Below are positions 1 through 10,717 of a DNA stretch of 39,431 bases, piece after piece. The stretch covers positions 3,633,852 through 3,673,282 of the forward strand of contig NC_068998.1 of assembly GCF_001194135.2 (NCBI RefSeq), given 5' to 3'. The notes beneath the pieces are model-generated. The model worked only from the letters and a program-made list of their open reading frames with translations. It was not told where the DNA came from and did not search any database. Within the stretch, counting starts at the first letter, position 1. Every line of letters starts with the position of its first letter. This DNA is from Octopus bimaculoides (lineage: Eukaryota). The translations under genes and the position numbers were made by a program.

Positions 1-42
<42 letters not shown>

Positions 43-370
43 GTGTGTGTGTTCAAAATTAGCGTCGAGAATTACTCACGCAATCACACAAGCACACACA
101 TATACGCATATATACACGCATACACAGTGATGAAGAAAAAGAGGGCGAGAGAGATATGTATGTATGTGAAAAGCGTAAGAGAGTGGGAGAGAGGAAGAAG
201 GAAAAAGAAAGAATGTAAGAAAGAAAGATGGAAAGAGGGAGAAAGAGAAAGAAATTGTGTGTGAGTGCGCGTGTGTGTATGTGTATGAGAGAGAGAGAGA
301 GAGAGAGGGGAGAGAGTGAGTGACTGAGTGAGAGAGAGTGAGTGGGAGAGAGAGAAAACCAGACAGTGTG
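1..370. repeat. (GT)n and (GA)n simple repeats
   Basis: Visible dinucleotide arrays. Confidence 0.9.
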
Positions 371-804
371 TGTCAAATTGTATTTATTTACAAAACTTTT
401 TAAAAGCTGTGCCAAAAATTGCAAAACGTTTCACAAACAATAATTAAAATATAAAAGACATTTCAAGACACTTCAATTAAATATACAACATTTCCTTCTG
501 TTATTTTTTAATAATCCAGTCGCTTTTTAAATTCAATTATATTTTTCTTTGTCAAATTTTATTAAAAACATATTCTATCAATTTTTGTAATTTTTAAAAG
601 AAAGGTTTTTCTTTATAAATTATAATAAGTCTTGTCATCAACTATAGAAATAACATCTCTATATTATAAAAACAGACATCACACACACACACACTGTGAC
701 AAGCACAGTCGATGGACCTGCTAAATGGAACAACCAAATTTCACTCAAATCACACCTGTCTTCTTGTTCTTGAGAGCCATGAGAGCCACTGTCTGGTACT
801 GCAT

Positions 805-820
805 CCGGGCATTTATTATT

Positions 821-873
<53 letters not shown>

Positions 874-876
874 TAC

Positions 877-912
<36 letters not shown>
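805..912. repeat. (ATT)/(ATC)n trinucleotide array in the intron before the CUB gene start
   Basis: Visible array; explains the poly-I/H/Y ORF extensions. Confidence 0.95.
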
Positions 913-913
<1 letters not shown>

Positions 914-937
914 TATTTTTTTTTTTTTGCAGAAACA

Positions 938-3529
938 ATGGAATTTCTTTCGTCTACTTCCTTCATAAAATGGTTAATTATTGGAAGTATTTTAACCCTT
1001 TCTAGCGCCGGTTACAGAGTCTGCGATGAGGAAAACATTCACCTGGATATTAACGAGATCACCAAACGGATTAATGGCAGCTCAGCTACAGCGTGTGTTT
1101 GGAAGGTGTCTGCGAATGAAGAATTTGGATTAAAAATATCAGCCGTGTTATCAGACGAAACTACATTTAACAACCACTCGTTCTCTTATACAGATGGTGT
1201 CGTATCCGTTCTCATTTATGATGAAAACCCTTTAAGTTCTTTCGGGTCTCGATTAATAAACCGTATCGATTTAAACGAAACCGATGTCACGAAATCATTC
1301 TTGACTAACAGGAGCGAAATTTGGATGAAAGTTATTCACACCAACAATTCTTTGGAAGATATTAGTAGACATTCTTTGTCGATAATTTATCAGGCTTTTT
1401 CTGCCAATCAATGTCGACTTCCGATTAATTTTACCATTGGTGGTGCAAGTAACGAAACCTTTTTTCTTGGGTCAGTTTTAAATGTTACTTGTGATAAAGG
1501 TTTTCCGTCAATGGAAGCTCTTATGTCTGTTGTTGTTTGCTTAAAGAACGAAGATGGAATTGCTGTATGGAATGACTCGTTTGCCGGTTGTTATCTGGAA
1601 ACATCATCTAACACCAACAACAACACTTTGTTAACCAATTCTTCCGACTTGCAGCCTCAGTCACCGGTTACAAACGCAACAGAAACTAAAACCAGTCCAG
1701 CAGAAAACAGCAACAGTTCTTATTTAACCTGTAGTCAAATTTTCACCGATTTTTCAGCCAATATTTCGTTCAATATTTATCGATATAACACGTCTGTATG
1801 TAATTTCACTATCGATGTCCCCGAAGCTTCGTCTTTGGAAGTTACACTTCATGAAAACGATTTAATTTCTTTCGTTGAGATATCAGGGCATTTTCTCAAA
1901 GAATCTTTTAATTTGATAATCGATGATATTCCAAGAATATTAGAACTAAAAACCAATAAAGTTTCTATAATTTACCATATTTCGAATGAAAATAATAATA
2001 ATACTAATAAAAATGACACATGGATGTTATTGAGTTATTTGAGTAAAGAGAAAGCTAAAATGTGTGACCCCGTCAACCCACCTAAACATGGTTATATGAC
2101 CCTGACTGATAATTTCCCGGGGTCAGAGGTCATTTTTTTCTGTCCTGCGCATCACACTTTAATAGGTGACAGTAAGACACGGTGTGAAAAATCCGAAAAC
2201 GAAACTTTTCACTGGACACATCCGACACCTTTATGTCGGTGCGGAAATTCTTTAAATGTCAGAGACTGGTCGTTTTCAACTGCCGAACTAAGTAATTTAA
2301 CTGTCATTGGTGGAACGAACTGTTCTTGGAAACTAATGAACGAAGATGAAAGCCTTTATGAGATTTTAATCGAATTTAACGACATCTCTTACAAAAGTTT
2401 ATCACTAACAATACAGGACTTGAACCAAACTCGGGAATATGCTTTTGACCATTCTGATTCTTCAGGTAGCTACAATTTCACCACATTGTCTCACATTGTT
2501 AATATTTATATCGATATCAGTGCCAACTTTCTCACGCAACGGGGAGACTTGGAGCTGTCATTACGTAGCATCGAACCTAGAAAAACCTGTGTCATTCCCT
2601 CAATAAACGATGGAACAGTTAGAGTGGATACTTTAACAGAAGGATCGATTATTGATTTTTCCTGTAATCCAGGTTATACGATTATTGGAGAATCAAAAGC
2701 TCTTTGTGCTTGGAATAATGTCTCAGGTTCTCTAGAATGGTCCTCTGCGATTCCTTCATGTATTCTTTACACTTGTTCAGAAGACAATAGAACAAAGAAT
2801 TCGACATCTGGGATTATAATCAGTCCAAAATCTCTAAGTGGCACTATTAGCCAATACCAGAATTGTACATGGATTATCAATAATTCCATTCCTGGAACTC
2901 ACACAAACCTCTCTCTTCTCTATTACCACTTCCCTGTTAATCCAGTCAAGCCAGTATTTCTACGCTTTTTCGAAGTTTATTCCAACGGTAGTGAAATTTT
3001 ACTCAAAGACTTCTATAATAATACTTTGGAATCGGAAACGTTTATCAGTAATTCCGAACAGACCAAAGTGTATTATCGCGGACCGGTGCTTCCTGCTGTT
3101 GCGTACGAAGGATTCGAAGTTGTGTATTGGATGCAAAATACAAGCGAATCAAATCCAAAACCCGATGAAGAAATCAGCAATACCACCCTCGCCACCAACA
3201 GTACCATCGATGCCAATGCCACCGTCGCCACCACCAACGCCACCACCGATATCTTCGACATCACCACCGATGCCATTATCGACACAACTACCACCACCAC
3301 TGCCTCCACCACTACCACCACCACTGCCACCCCCACCACCACTTCCACCACCACCACCACCACCACCACCACCACCACCACTTCTACTACCGTCACACCC
3401 ACCACTAATAATACCACTACCATCGCTGCCAACGATACCATTCCCACATGGCCGCTCTATCCTACATCCTCGACTACAGGGAAACCAATAGTTACAGGAA
3501 GTTCACAGCGAAGACAACCAATCACGCCA
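938..3529 (+). CDS. Coding exon 1 of CUB/Sushi type I membrane protein (SEZ6/CSMD-like): signal peptide, 4 CUB-like + 3 Sushi domains, Thr-rich stalk
   Basis: Acceptor ttttttttgcAG (931-932) lies just before ATG 938, in frame with ORF 725-3538. MEFLSSTSFIKWLIIGSILTLSSA looks like a signal peptide. Sushi Cys/Trp patterns: CRLP..CDKGF..C..WNDSFAGC; CDPVNPPKHG..CPAHHTLIG..C..WTHPTPLC; CVIP..CNPGYTIIG..C..WSSAIPSC. CUB-like starts: CSQIF..CNFTI; CGNSL..NCSWKL; CSED..SGIIISP..NCTWII. Donor CCA|GTAAGT at 3530 (phase 0). Confidence 0.9.
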
Positions 3530-3620
3530 GTAAGTTAATTATTCCCACATTCTTAATTAATGACTAACGCACTTAACGCATATCTATCTATTTATTTGTT
3601 TATTCACTCATTAAAAAAAA

Positions 3621-3864
3621 TCTTGTTTCAGTCAGTAGACTGTGGCCATGCTGGAGCATCACCGCGAAGAATTTTACTCGAACGATACACACACACACAT
3701 ATATATATACGACGGGCTTCTTTCAGTTTCCTTTTACCAAACCCCCTTAGAAGGCATTGGCTAACCCGAGGTTATAGTAGAAGACACTTGGCCAAGGTGT
3801 CACGCAGGGGACTGAACATGGGACCATGTGGTTGGAAAGCAGGTTTCTTACCACGCAGCTCCTC
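3621..3864 (-). mobile_element. tRNA-headed SINE family A (internally deleted copy)
   Basis: Minus-strand head gctgcgtggtaag..gttcagtccc, then ttggccaagtgtcttctactat (CORE-like), and 3' end ccagcatggccacagtc..gactgaaac. Homologous to many copies in the window. Confidence 0.8.
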
Positions 3865-4321
3865 CTATTTATCTTAGCTTTCTTTCAGCTTATTCCAGTC
3901 ATTGGATGGCAGCCATGTTTAGACGCCGCCTTAACAAATTTAGTCGAATAACTTAAACCTATTCATCGGTTTTTACATTGATTTCTCTTGCTTCTAATTT
4001 ACACTTATTTTCCTATTCCTTCCCACATTGCATTGCTCTTGTTTGACTCACAATCGTAAAGTCATGAGTTCGATTCGCGGCTTACACACACGCACGCGCA
4101 CACACACACAATATATACGATGAAAGCTTGCATGTGTGTGTGTGTAGATTAGAAATATATTTATAAAAATCCTAATTTTTAAAGGAAATTCTCATGTATG
4201 TATTCTGCCCATATTGCTTACTTTGGGACTTTATATGCCCTAATATTAAACAATTTTCTATTGTCAATATACGATGGAAGCTTATAATTATATTAACATA
4301 AATTCTTATATTTTATTCCAG

Positions 4322-5095
4322 ACTGTTCCAAGAAAAATTGATGTTTACGTCGGGAATGACACACTAGCTGGAACCAAACCACCCGTGCCTGCACCGAAGG
4401 TCGATGTCGGCGCCATCGTTATCGGAGTCACACTTCCTGTCCTCATTTTGATGGGGATAGGAATCGCTATTTACATTTGGTACAGGAAGAAATATCCAGT
4501 GAGAATGATTCTCGGTAAAGAATTCCAAAATTTCACCAATCCACTTTACGTAAAAAGCACGAATTCCGTCGAAATTAAGATAACATCTCATTCACCTCCA
4601 AGCCTTGTAGTCAAAAACCCGAATCCATCAATCGTTCCAGGACAAGACAATTTAGCATTCGACGATGAAACAGACAGCTCAAAAACTACAAGTGTCGGTG
4701 AAATTTCTGGAAATTCTCCTCAAGAAAATAAAGATTCTACAGATGTAACTGTATTGTCAAAAGACGATGCAGACGATAAATCTGTTGAGGAAATAGACTT
4801 TAATCCTGAAACCAATATTAATTCCATTTCAAACGACGATGACTCTGATATTGAAATAGTTTCTAAAGAGAGTTCGACCACTTCGGAACCGGCTCTAATT
4901 TCAATTTCCGAAGATCATGAACAAAATACAGAAGTTGTTCCTGAAAATGCAAGTTTGGACCCTAATATGGTCTTAGTTTCGTTATCTGATGACGAGATTG
5001 ATAGAATGGGTGAGATGGAGGTCGTAGATTCAAACCCAACTCTTAATTTAGACAATCTTCTTGTATCGTTTACTGACGAACCAAACAATCAATAG
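4322..5095 (+). CDS. Coding exon 2 of CUB/Sushi membrane protein: TM helix and acidic cytoplasmic tail with FxNPxY
   Basis: Acceptor ttttattccAG (4320-4321), phase 0, matches the upstream donor. AIVIGVTLPVLILMGIGIAIYIWY is followed by the RKK stop-transfer signal. FTNPLY at 4532-4549. Stop TAG ends 5095. Spliced product 1121 aa. Confidence 0.9.
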   Translation, partial: TVPRKIDVYVGNDTLAGTKPPVPAPKVDVGAIVIGVTLPVLILMGIGIAIYIWYRKKYPVRMILGKEFQNFTNPLYVKSTNSVEIKITSHSPPSLVVKNPNPSIVPGQDNLAFDDETDSSKTTSVGEISGNSPQENKDSTDVTVLSKDDADDKSVEEIDFNPETNINSISNDDDSDIEIVSKESSTTSEPALISISEDHEQNTEVVPENASLDPNMVLVSLSDDEIDRMGEMEVVDSNPTLNLDNLLVSFTDEPNNQ

Positions 5096-5175
5096 CGTTT
5101 TTAGCTTTAGATATATTGACTGATTTGAAAGTTAATGTTGAAACAGGCTTTCAGTTTTGACATACAGGAACAACC

Positions 5176-5181
5176 AATAAA
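5176..5181 (+). terminator. Candidate polyadenylation signal AATAAA of the CUB/Sushi gene
   Basis: AATAAA about 80 nt after the stop, followed by T-rich sequence. Confidence 0.45.
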
Positions 5182-5565
5182 TATATTTTTCACTAAAACC
5201 ATTTTTTTCTAGTCTTTTATTTCAAACCGACAATTTTTTAACAGTCGACACCCTACCGTTTCTACGTCTAATATCCAAAAAATCTGAAAAGACGATCGTC
5301 TGTGACTGTCCGTCTTTCTTCAGTTTCCAATTTGAATGGTCATCTAATATTCATGAATTGTATTCTTGAATTATTTTATCTTTCACTCAATAACCAGGTG
5401 TGGGGGGGGGAATGATAAAAAAGGTAAAAGAAATATATACATGAATAATTTTAAAACAACAAATCTTTATTGAATGTAAATTAAAATGACAGATTGCAAC
5501 TGGAAGATGCAGACGATATCATGATTTATTTAAATGTGTCTCTTCTGATATTTGTTTCTATGTAG

Positions 5566-5952
5566 TTTCTACTCTAGGCACAAGGCCCGAAATTTTTGGG
5601 GAGCAGGGCCAGTCGATTAGATCGACCACAGTGCGTAACCAGTACTTAATTTATCGACCCCTAAAGGATGAAAGGCAAAGTCGACCTCGGCGATATTTGA
5701 ACACAGAACGTAAAGAAAGACGAAATACCGCTAAGTATTTCGCCCGGTGTGCTAACGTTTCTTATTTCTTTATTGCCCACTCGGGGCTAAACATAGACGG
5801 GACAAACAAGGACAGACAAAGGGATTAAGTCGATTACATCGACCCCAGTGTTTCACTGGTACTTAATTTATCGACCCCGAAAGGATGAAAGGCAAAGTCG
5901 ACCTCGGCGGAATTTGAACTCAGAACGTAACGGCAGATGAAATGCTGCTAAG
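5566..5952 (-). mobile_element. Two tandem copies of tRNA-headed SINE family B
   Basis: Repeated block gtacttaatttatcgaccccgaaaggatgaaaggcaaagtcgacctcggcggaatttgaactcagaacg; B-box-like gagttcaaattcc on the minus strand. Truncated by the N gap. Confidence 0.85.
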
Positions 5953-6510
5953 NNNNNNNNNNNNNNNNNNNNNNNNNNNNNNNNNNNNNNNNNNNNNNNN
6001 NNNNNNNNNNNNNNNNNNNNNNNNNNNNNNNNNNNNNNNNNNNNNNNNNNNNNNNNNNNNNNNNNNNNNNNNNNNNNNNNNNNNNNNNNNNNNNNNNNNN
6101 NNNNNNNNNNNNNNNNNNNNNNNNNNNNNNNNNNNNNNNNNNNNNNNNNNNNNNNNNNNNNNNNNNNNNNNNNNNNNNNNNNNNNNNNNNNNNNNNNNNN
6201 NNNNNNNNNNNNNNNNNNNNNNNNNNNNNNNNNNNNNNNNNNNNNNNNNNNNNNNNNNNNNNNNNNNNNNNNNNNNNNNNNNNNNNNNNNNNNNNNNNNN
6301 NNNNNNNNNNNNNNNNNNNNNNNNNNNNNNNNNNNNNNNNNNNNNNNNNNNNNNNNNNNNNNNNNNNNNNNNNNNNNNNNNNNNNNNNNNNNNNNNNNNN
6401 NNNNNNNNNNNNNNNNNNNNNNNNNNNNNNNNNNNNNNNNNNNNNNNNNNNNNNNNNNNNNNNNNNNNNNNNNNNNNNNNNNNNNNNNNNNNNNNNNNNN
6501 NNNNNNNNNC
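5953..6510. other. Assembly gap (N run). Other gaps: 8452-8610, 10955-11397, 28629-29237, 33898-34127, 36803-37608, 38732-38823
   Basis: Runs of n. Confidence 1.
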
Positions 6511-6695
6511 CTGTCGTCTGCCTTGTACTTACTCGGCTTTCGATGTCTATCAGCTAGGAACAAGATTATTTAGCACCCAAAACTACAATGTCCTCCATTC
6601 TTATAATGTTTCTTTAAGATCGGTGCTGAGCTGGCAAAAATAAATAAATAAAAAGTGAAAAATTAAAATATGAAAAAAAAAAAAAAATGAATAAC

Positions 6696-6868
6696 ATGCG
6701 TGGCTAAGTGGTAAAGAAGCATGCTTCCTTGCTTCATTACCATCCGCATGGTTTGAGGTTTAGTCCCACAGCGTGGTACTGAACACTTCGGTAAGTGTCT
6801 TCTACTACTGCCTCGGACTGATCAAAGAATTGTGAGTGGATTTGGTAGACGGAAACTGAAAGAATCCC
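6696..6868 (+). mobile_element. SINE family A, 5' half
   Basis: tggctaagtggtaaagaagc..tttagtccca head, then gtgtcttctacta..gtgagtggatttggtagacggaaactgaaagaa. Confidence 0.8.
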
Positions 6869-6954
6869 AGTCGCGGTCTCAGGAATTTTTCGAAAGGAGG
6901 GCACAAGGTCAGAAAGGAATACAATTCAAAGAGAAAAGAGCGCAATAACATTGC

Positions 6955-7290
6955 TATACCTCCGGAAAGGGAAGTGGTTGTCCGAGAATTTCTACGACTT
7001 CACTAGCCCCAATTTTCAGCATCTTATTTCCCTTAATCGTAACCCCATGGATTATTATGTGCGGGGCGCAGTCGAGAAAGATAATATTTGCTCTGTCTGC
7101 GGCTCCAAGTCTGAGCTGGTGGCCAAGATCAAGGAGGTGTTGGAAGATCTTCCAAGGGGTACAGTCAGAAACGCATGCGCCAAGTTCCGGAGCCGTCTTC
7201 AGGCCTTAAGGGAAACTGAAGGCGACTATTTTGAGTGAACTGTTTTCGTTTCCTTTTATGCAAACTGTCAAATTTAGCCCGAACACCCTG
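6955..7290 (+). mobile_element. Tc1/mariner transposase 3' fragment with right terminal repeat
   Basis: NPMDYYVRGAVEKD..KSELVAKIKEVLEDLPRGTVRNACAKFRSRL..EGDYFE* is a typical DDD transposase C-terminus. Ends cgaacaccctg followed by TA. Confidence 0.85.
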
Positions 7291-7305
7291 TAACTGTACG
7301 CACAA

Positions 7306-7360
<55 letters not shown>

Positions 7361-7679
7361 ACTCACGTACGCGCGCGCGATGTGACGTGATGATTCTTAA
7401 GGCAGGTATGAATTACTTTCAAGTATGACACAGAAAGGCGGAAATGAGAAAAGTCATTAATGTTCGACGGTCACACTTCCGGTTAGCGATTAGTAATCCC
7501 CGTCCGAAAGTGGGACATTACTAATAATGAGCAGTCCATCTCCCAGCAGCAAACAATAACGAACTGACCCCTCCCATCAACCTTATATCTAATGACCCTT
7601 TCTCTGGAAAAAGAAAATGTTGATAGGAGGCCATGAGAAGACGTATCGTAAATAATCTCTTCATGTGAATTAGAATGGA

Positions 7680-7895
7680 CGTGTATATATGTGTTTGTGT
7701 CTGAGTATGTTCCCCCACCATCGCTTTACAATCGATGTTGGTGTGTTTACGTCCCCGTCCCCTTGCGGCTCGGCAAAAGAGACCGATAGAATAAGTACTA
7801 GGCTTATAATGAATAAGTCCTGGGGGGCGATTTGTTCGACTAAAGGTGGTGCTCCAGCATGGCCACAGTCAAATGACTGAAACAAATAAAAGAAT
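7680..7895 (+). mobile_element. SINE family A, 3' half
   Basis: accatcgc..ggtgtgtttacgtcccc..gatagaataagtactaggctt..ggtgctccagcatggccacagtcaaatgactgaaac. Confidence 0.85.
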
Positions 7896-7919
7896 TTAAA
7901 AAATCATTATAATCGTAAT

Positions 7920-8266
7920 GTATATTTGCCACCTAAATGTGGCGGTCCCGTAGAGGACGATGCTACTGTTATTTAGAGACCCAGAAAGACATCTCCCCCA
8001 GCTGGCTAACGACACACTGTCGGTGTCCGATTAGTATTTGCAGAGGGATATCATCGTTCCCATCTTTAGCCTTACGTGATACACGCAGAAACCTGGGTCT
8101 GTGTGTATTACGTAAGGCTAGAGATGGGAACGATGATTTCTCTTCGCAAATATCAATCGGACACAGACAGTGTGTCGTTAGCCAGCTGGGGGAGATGTCT
8201 TCCTGGGGCTAAAACAACAGTAGCATCGTCCTCTATGGAACCACCACATTTAGGTGGCAAATATAC
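7920..8266. repeat. 347 bp near-perfect palindrome (foldback/MITE-like)
   Basis: Arms 7920-8089 and 8098-8266 are reverse complements with scattered mismatches; loop about 8 nt. Confidence 0.92.
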
Positions 8267-8839
8267 GATTCCGTGCTGCTACTGTTTACGCCTCGCTCTA
8301 AGATTTATTGTTAATAATTATAATGTTAATAAGCTACAAGTCTTTACATGAGGTACACACGCTTACACGCATATACACACAGACGTATGCACTAAAGCAA
8401 AGTCTCTCCTTCACTCACATCTCTCCCCTCTCTCTCTCCCCTCTCTCTCTCNNNNNNNNNNNNNNNNNNNNNNNNNNNNNNNNNNNNNNNNNNNNNNNNN
8501 NNNNNNNNNNNNNNNNNNNNNNNNNNNNNNNNNNNNNNNNNNNNNNNNNNNNNNNNNNNNNNNNNNNNNNNNNNNNNNNNNNNNNNNNNNNNNNNNNNNN
8601 NNNNNNNNNNCACTCTATCTTTCTTCTCACACATGCTTACTGACACAATTACACACGCACACACACACATACAAACGCATGCACGAATACACACACACAC
8701 ACACACACACACACTTACATTGACTTACGCGCAGACGCACGTACACACACGCAGACATACAAAGACGGACATGTTTTTGCAAGGCATTGCCCCCTCACCC
8801 TCTACAAACATACCTGCCTGTATATAGACGCATTCACGT

Positions 8840-8886
<47 letters not shown>

Positions 8887-9380
8887 CACGCTTAATCACT
8901 TGACCTACAGAAATGGAATTTGTCCAAGATAAATTTCCAAACGATGCGAAACAACAAGATAAGTGAAATCACAAGTGAGATAATTGATAAAACATTTAAT
9001 TGACGATCAAACATTATTGATATTTTTGGTGTTCGTGCTGTCGCTTAGCCTATGGCAACCCGGATCTAACAGATCTATGAACAAAACCGTTCAAGCAATG
9101 AGCACCTCGTGTGTTGCTCTCTTATTCAATCTGTCCTTTTAAACATGGCGGATGAGCTATTAATTGGAAATTTATATATTTGTTTGATTTATTTTATATC
9201 ACAATCAACAATAGCGGTGTTGCCTAAATATCTTGGCCCAGAGACGTGCCAAATAGCTTTGTTTTTTTTATAAATTCTGTTCCTTAAGGATCTTGTAGGC
9301 ATCAAAGTGTCGCCCAGCATCTGAGTTTGTAGCAATGAAAACTAAAACCACAATACATCTTCAATATTTATTTACCGTAA

Positions 9381-9545
9381 GGGGGCGAGCTGGCAGAATC
9401 CCTGACACACAGGACAAAATTCTTAGTGGCATTTCATCCGTTTTTATGTTCTGAGATTAGATTCTGCCGAGCTTGACTTTGCTTGTCACCCTTTCGGGGT
9501 AGATGAAATAAGTACCAGTTACGCACTGGGGTCGATGTAATCGAA
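9381..9545 (+). mobile_element. SINE family B
   Basis: ggcgagctggcagaa head, ccctttcggggtagatgaaataagtaccagttacgcactggggtcgat core. Confidence 0.8.
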
Positions 9546-10065
9546 TAACTATTCCTGCCCCCAGAATCACGACACCACCCATCATATAACTTTGTTTGCT
9601 TTTCGTGCTTGCGGATATCAGATTAAATAGAGGAAGTATTTCAAAACCTGATCGTTTGTTGGCATCAAAACTTCCTGGCCCACGAGTAATGTCTGTTGGT
9701 TGTAAGTCTTCTTACGGTTTCATCTCGATGATATTTTTTTTCCAAACACATGGCATCTCGTCTGAAATAGACCCTCATTCTATGTTACAATTTTTCTGTG
9801 TTAAAGCGATTTAATTTTAAACCTGCCATCAAAATTTCATGCTAATTTATGCTGCCATAACGATCTTTTAGAATGTGAGGAGCCATGTTGTTCCAATGCA
9901 GCAAAAAACCTGTTCTTTTCTGGTCCCCTCCTTTCATACTTCAACCCCTCATTTCCTAGCATACAGCCGACTCCCACGGGGTTTGTAATTTTGCGACCTG
10001 CATGGCGATCCCATTAATGCTCGTGGCACACACACACACACACACAAAAAAGCACCCAGTACATT

Positions 10066-10250
10066 CTGTAAAGTGGTTAGTGTTAGGAAGGGCATCCAGC
10101 TGTAGAAACTATACTAAATCAGAAACTGGAGCACGATGCAGACTTTGGACTGGTGGGATCCTGCCAACCCGTTCAACTCATGCCAATATGGAACATGGTC
10201 AGTAAGTGGTGATGGTGGTGGTGATGATGATGATGATGATAATGATGATG
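10066..10250 (+). mobile_element. SINE/retroelement 3' end family D with (GAT)n tail
   Basis: gttaggaagggcatccagctgtagaaac..caactcatgccaatatggaa..gatgatgat; reverse-complement copies at 22822, 23995, 26495, 27468. Confidence 0.75.
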
Positions 10251-10407
10251 ATATCGACCCCAGTTCTTTACTGGGCTGTATTTCATCGACCGACCCTAGA
10301 AGGATGAGTGTCACTTTATCGAGCGCTTTGCCAATACTGCCTGGCACACGCGGGCCGCACATTTTCTGGGAATGGTATATGGTTTATTACATATAGCCCC
10401 TAAAACT

Positions 10408-10717
10408 GGTCCTCCATCGGTTACGACAGGGAGTGTTCCAGTTGATCCGATCAACCTGCTTGTGAAATTTACGTGCAAGTGGCTGAGGACTCCACAGACA
10501 CCCCGTACCCTTAACGTAGTTCTCAGACAGATTCAACACGACACAGAATGTGACAAGGCTGGTCCTTTTGAAATGCAGACACAACTCATTTTCCCCAGCT
10601 GAGTGGAATAGAGTAGCGTGAAATAAAGTTATGCTCAAAGATAGGACGCACCGCCAGGAATCGAACTTGCGACTTCACGGTCTTGAGCCGAATATCCGAA
10701 CCACTTAACCACGTGAC
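10408..10717 (-). mobile_element. tRNA-headed SINE family C
   Basis: Minus head with gttcgattcctgg B-box-like motif; homologous over about 300 nt to 15727-16028. Confidence 0.8.

Noticed and set aside
725-937. N-terminal extension of the 937 aa ORF (poly-Ile)
   Set aside because: Read-through of an intronic (ATC/ATT)n array; a strong acceptor at 931-932 and a signal peptide from ATG 938 explain the real start.
2838-3491. Overlapping 217 aa Pro-rich ORF and antisense poly-Val ORF 3073-3447
   Set aside because: Alternative-frame shadows of the ACC-rich Thr stalk.
7380-7500. CpG-rich patch with CRE-like and ETS-like motifs and a GCAG|GTATGA donor
   Set aside because: No linked downstream exon found; short motifs alone are insufficient.
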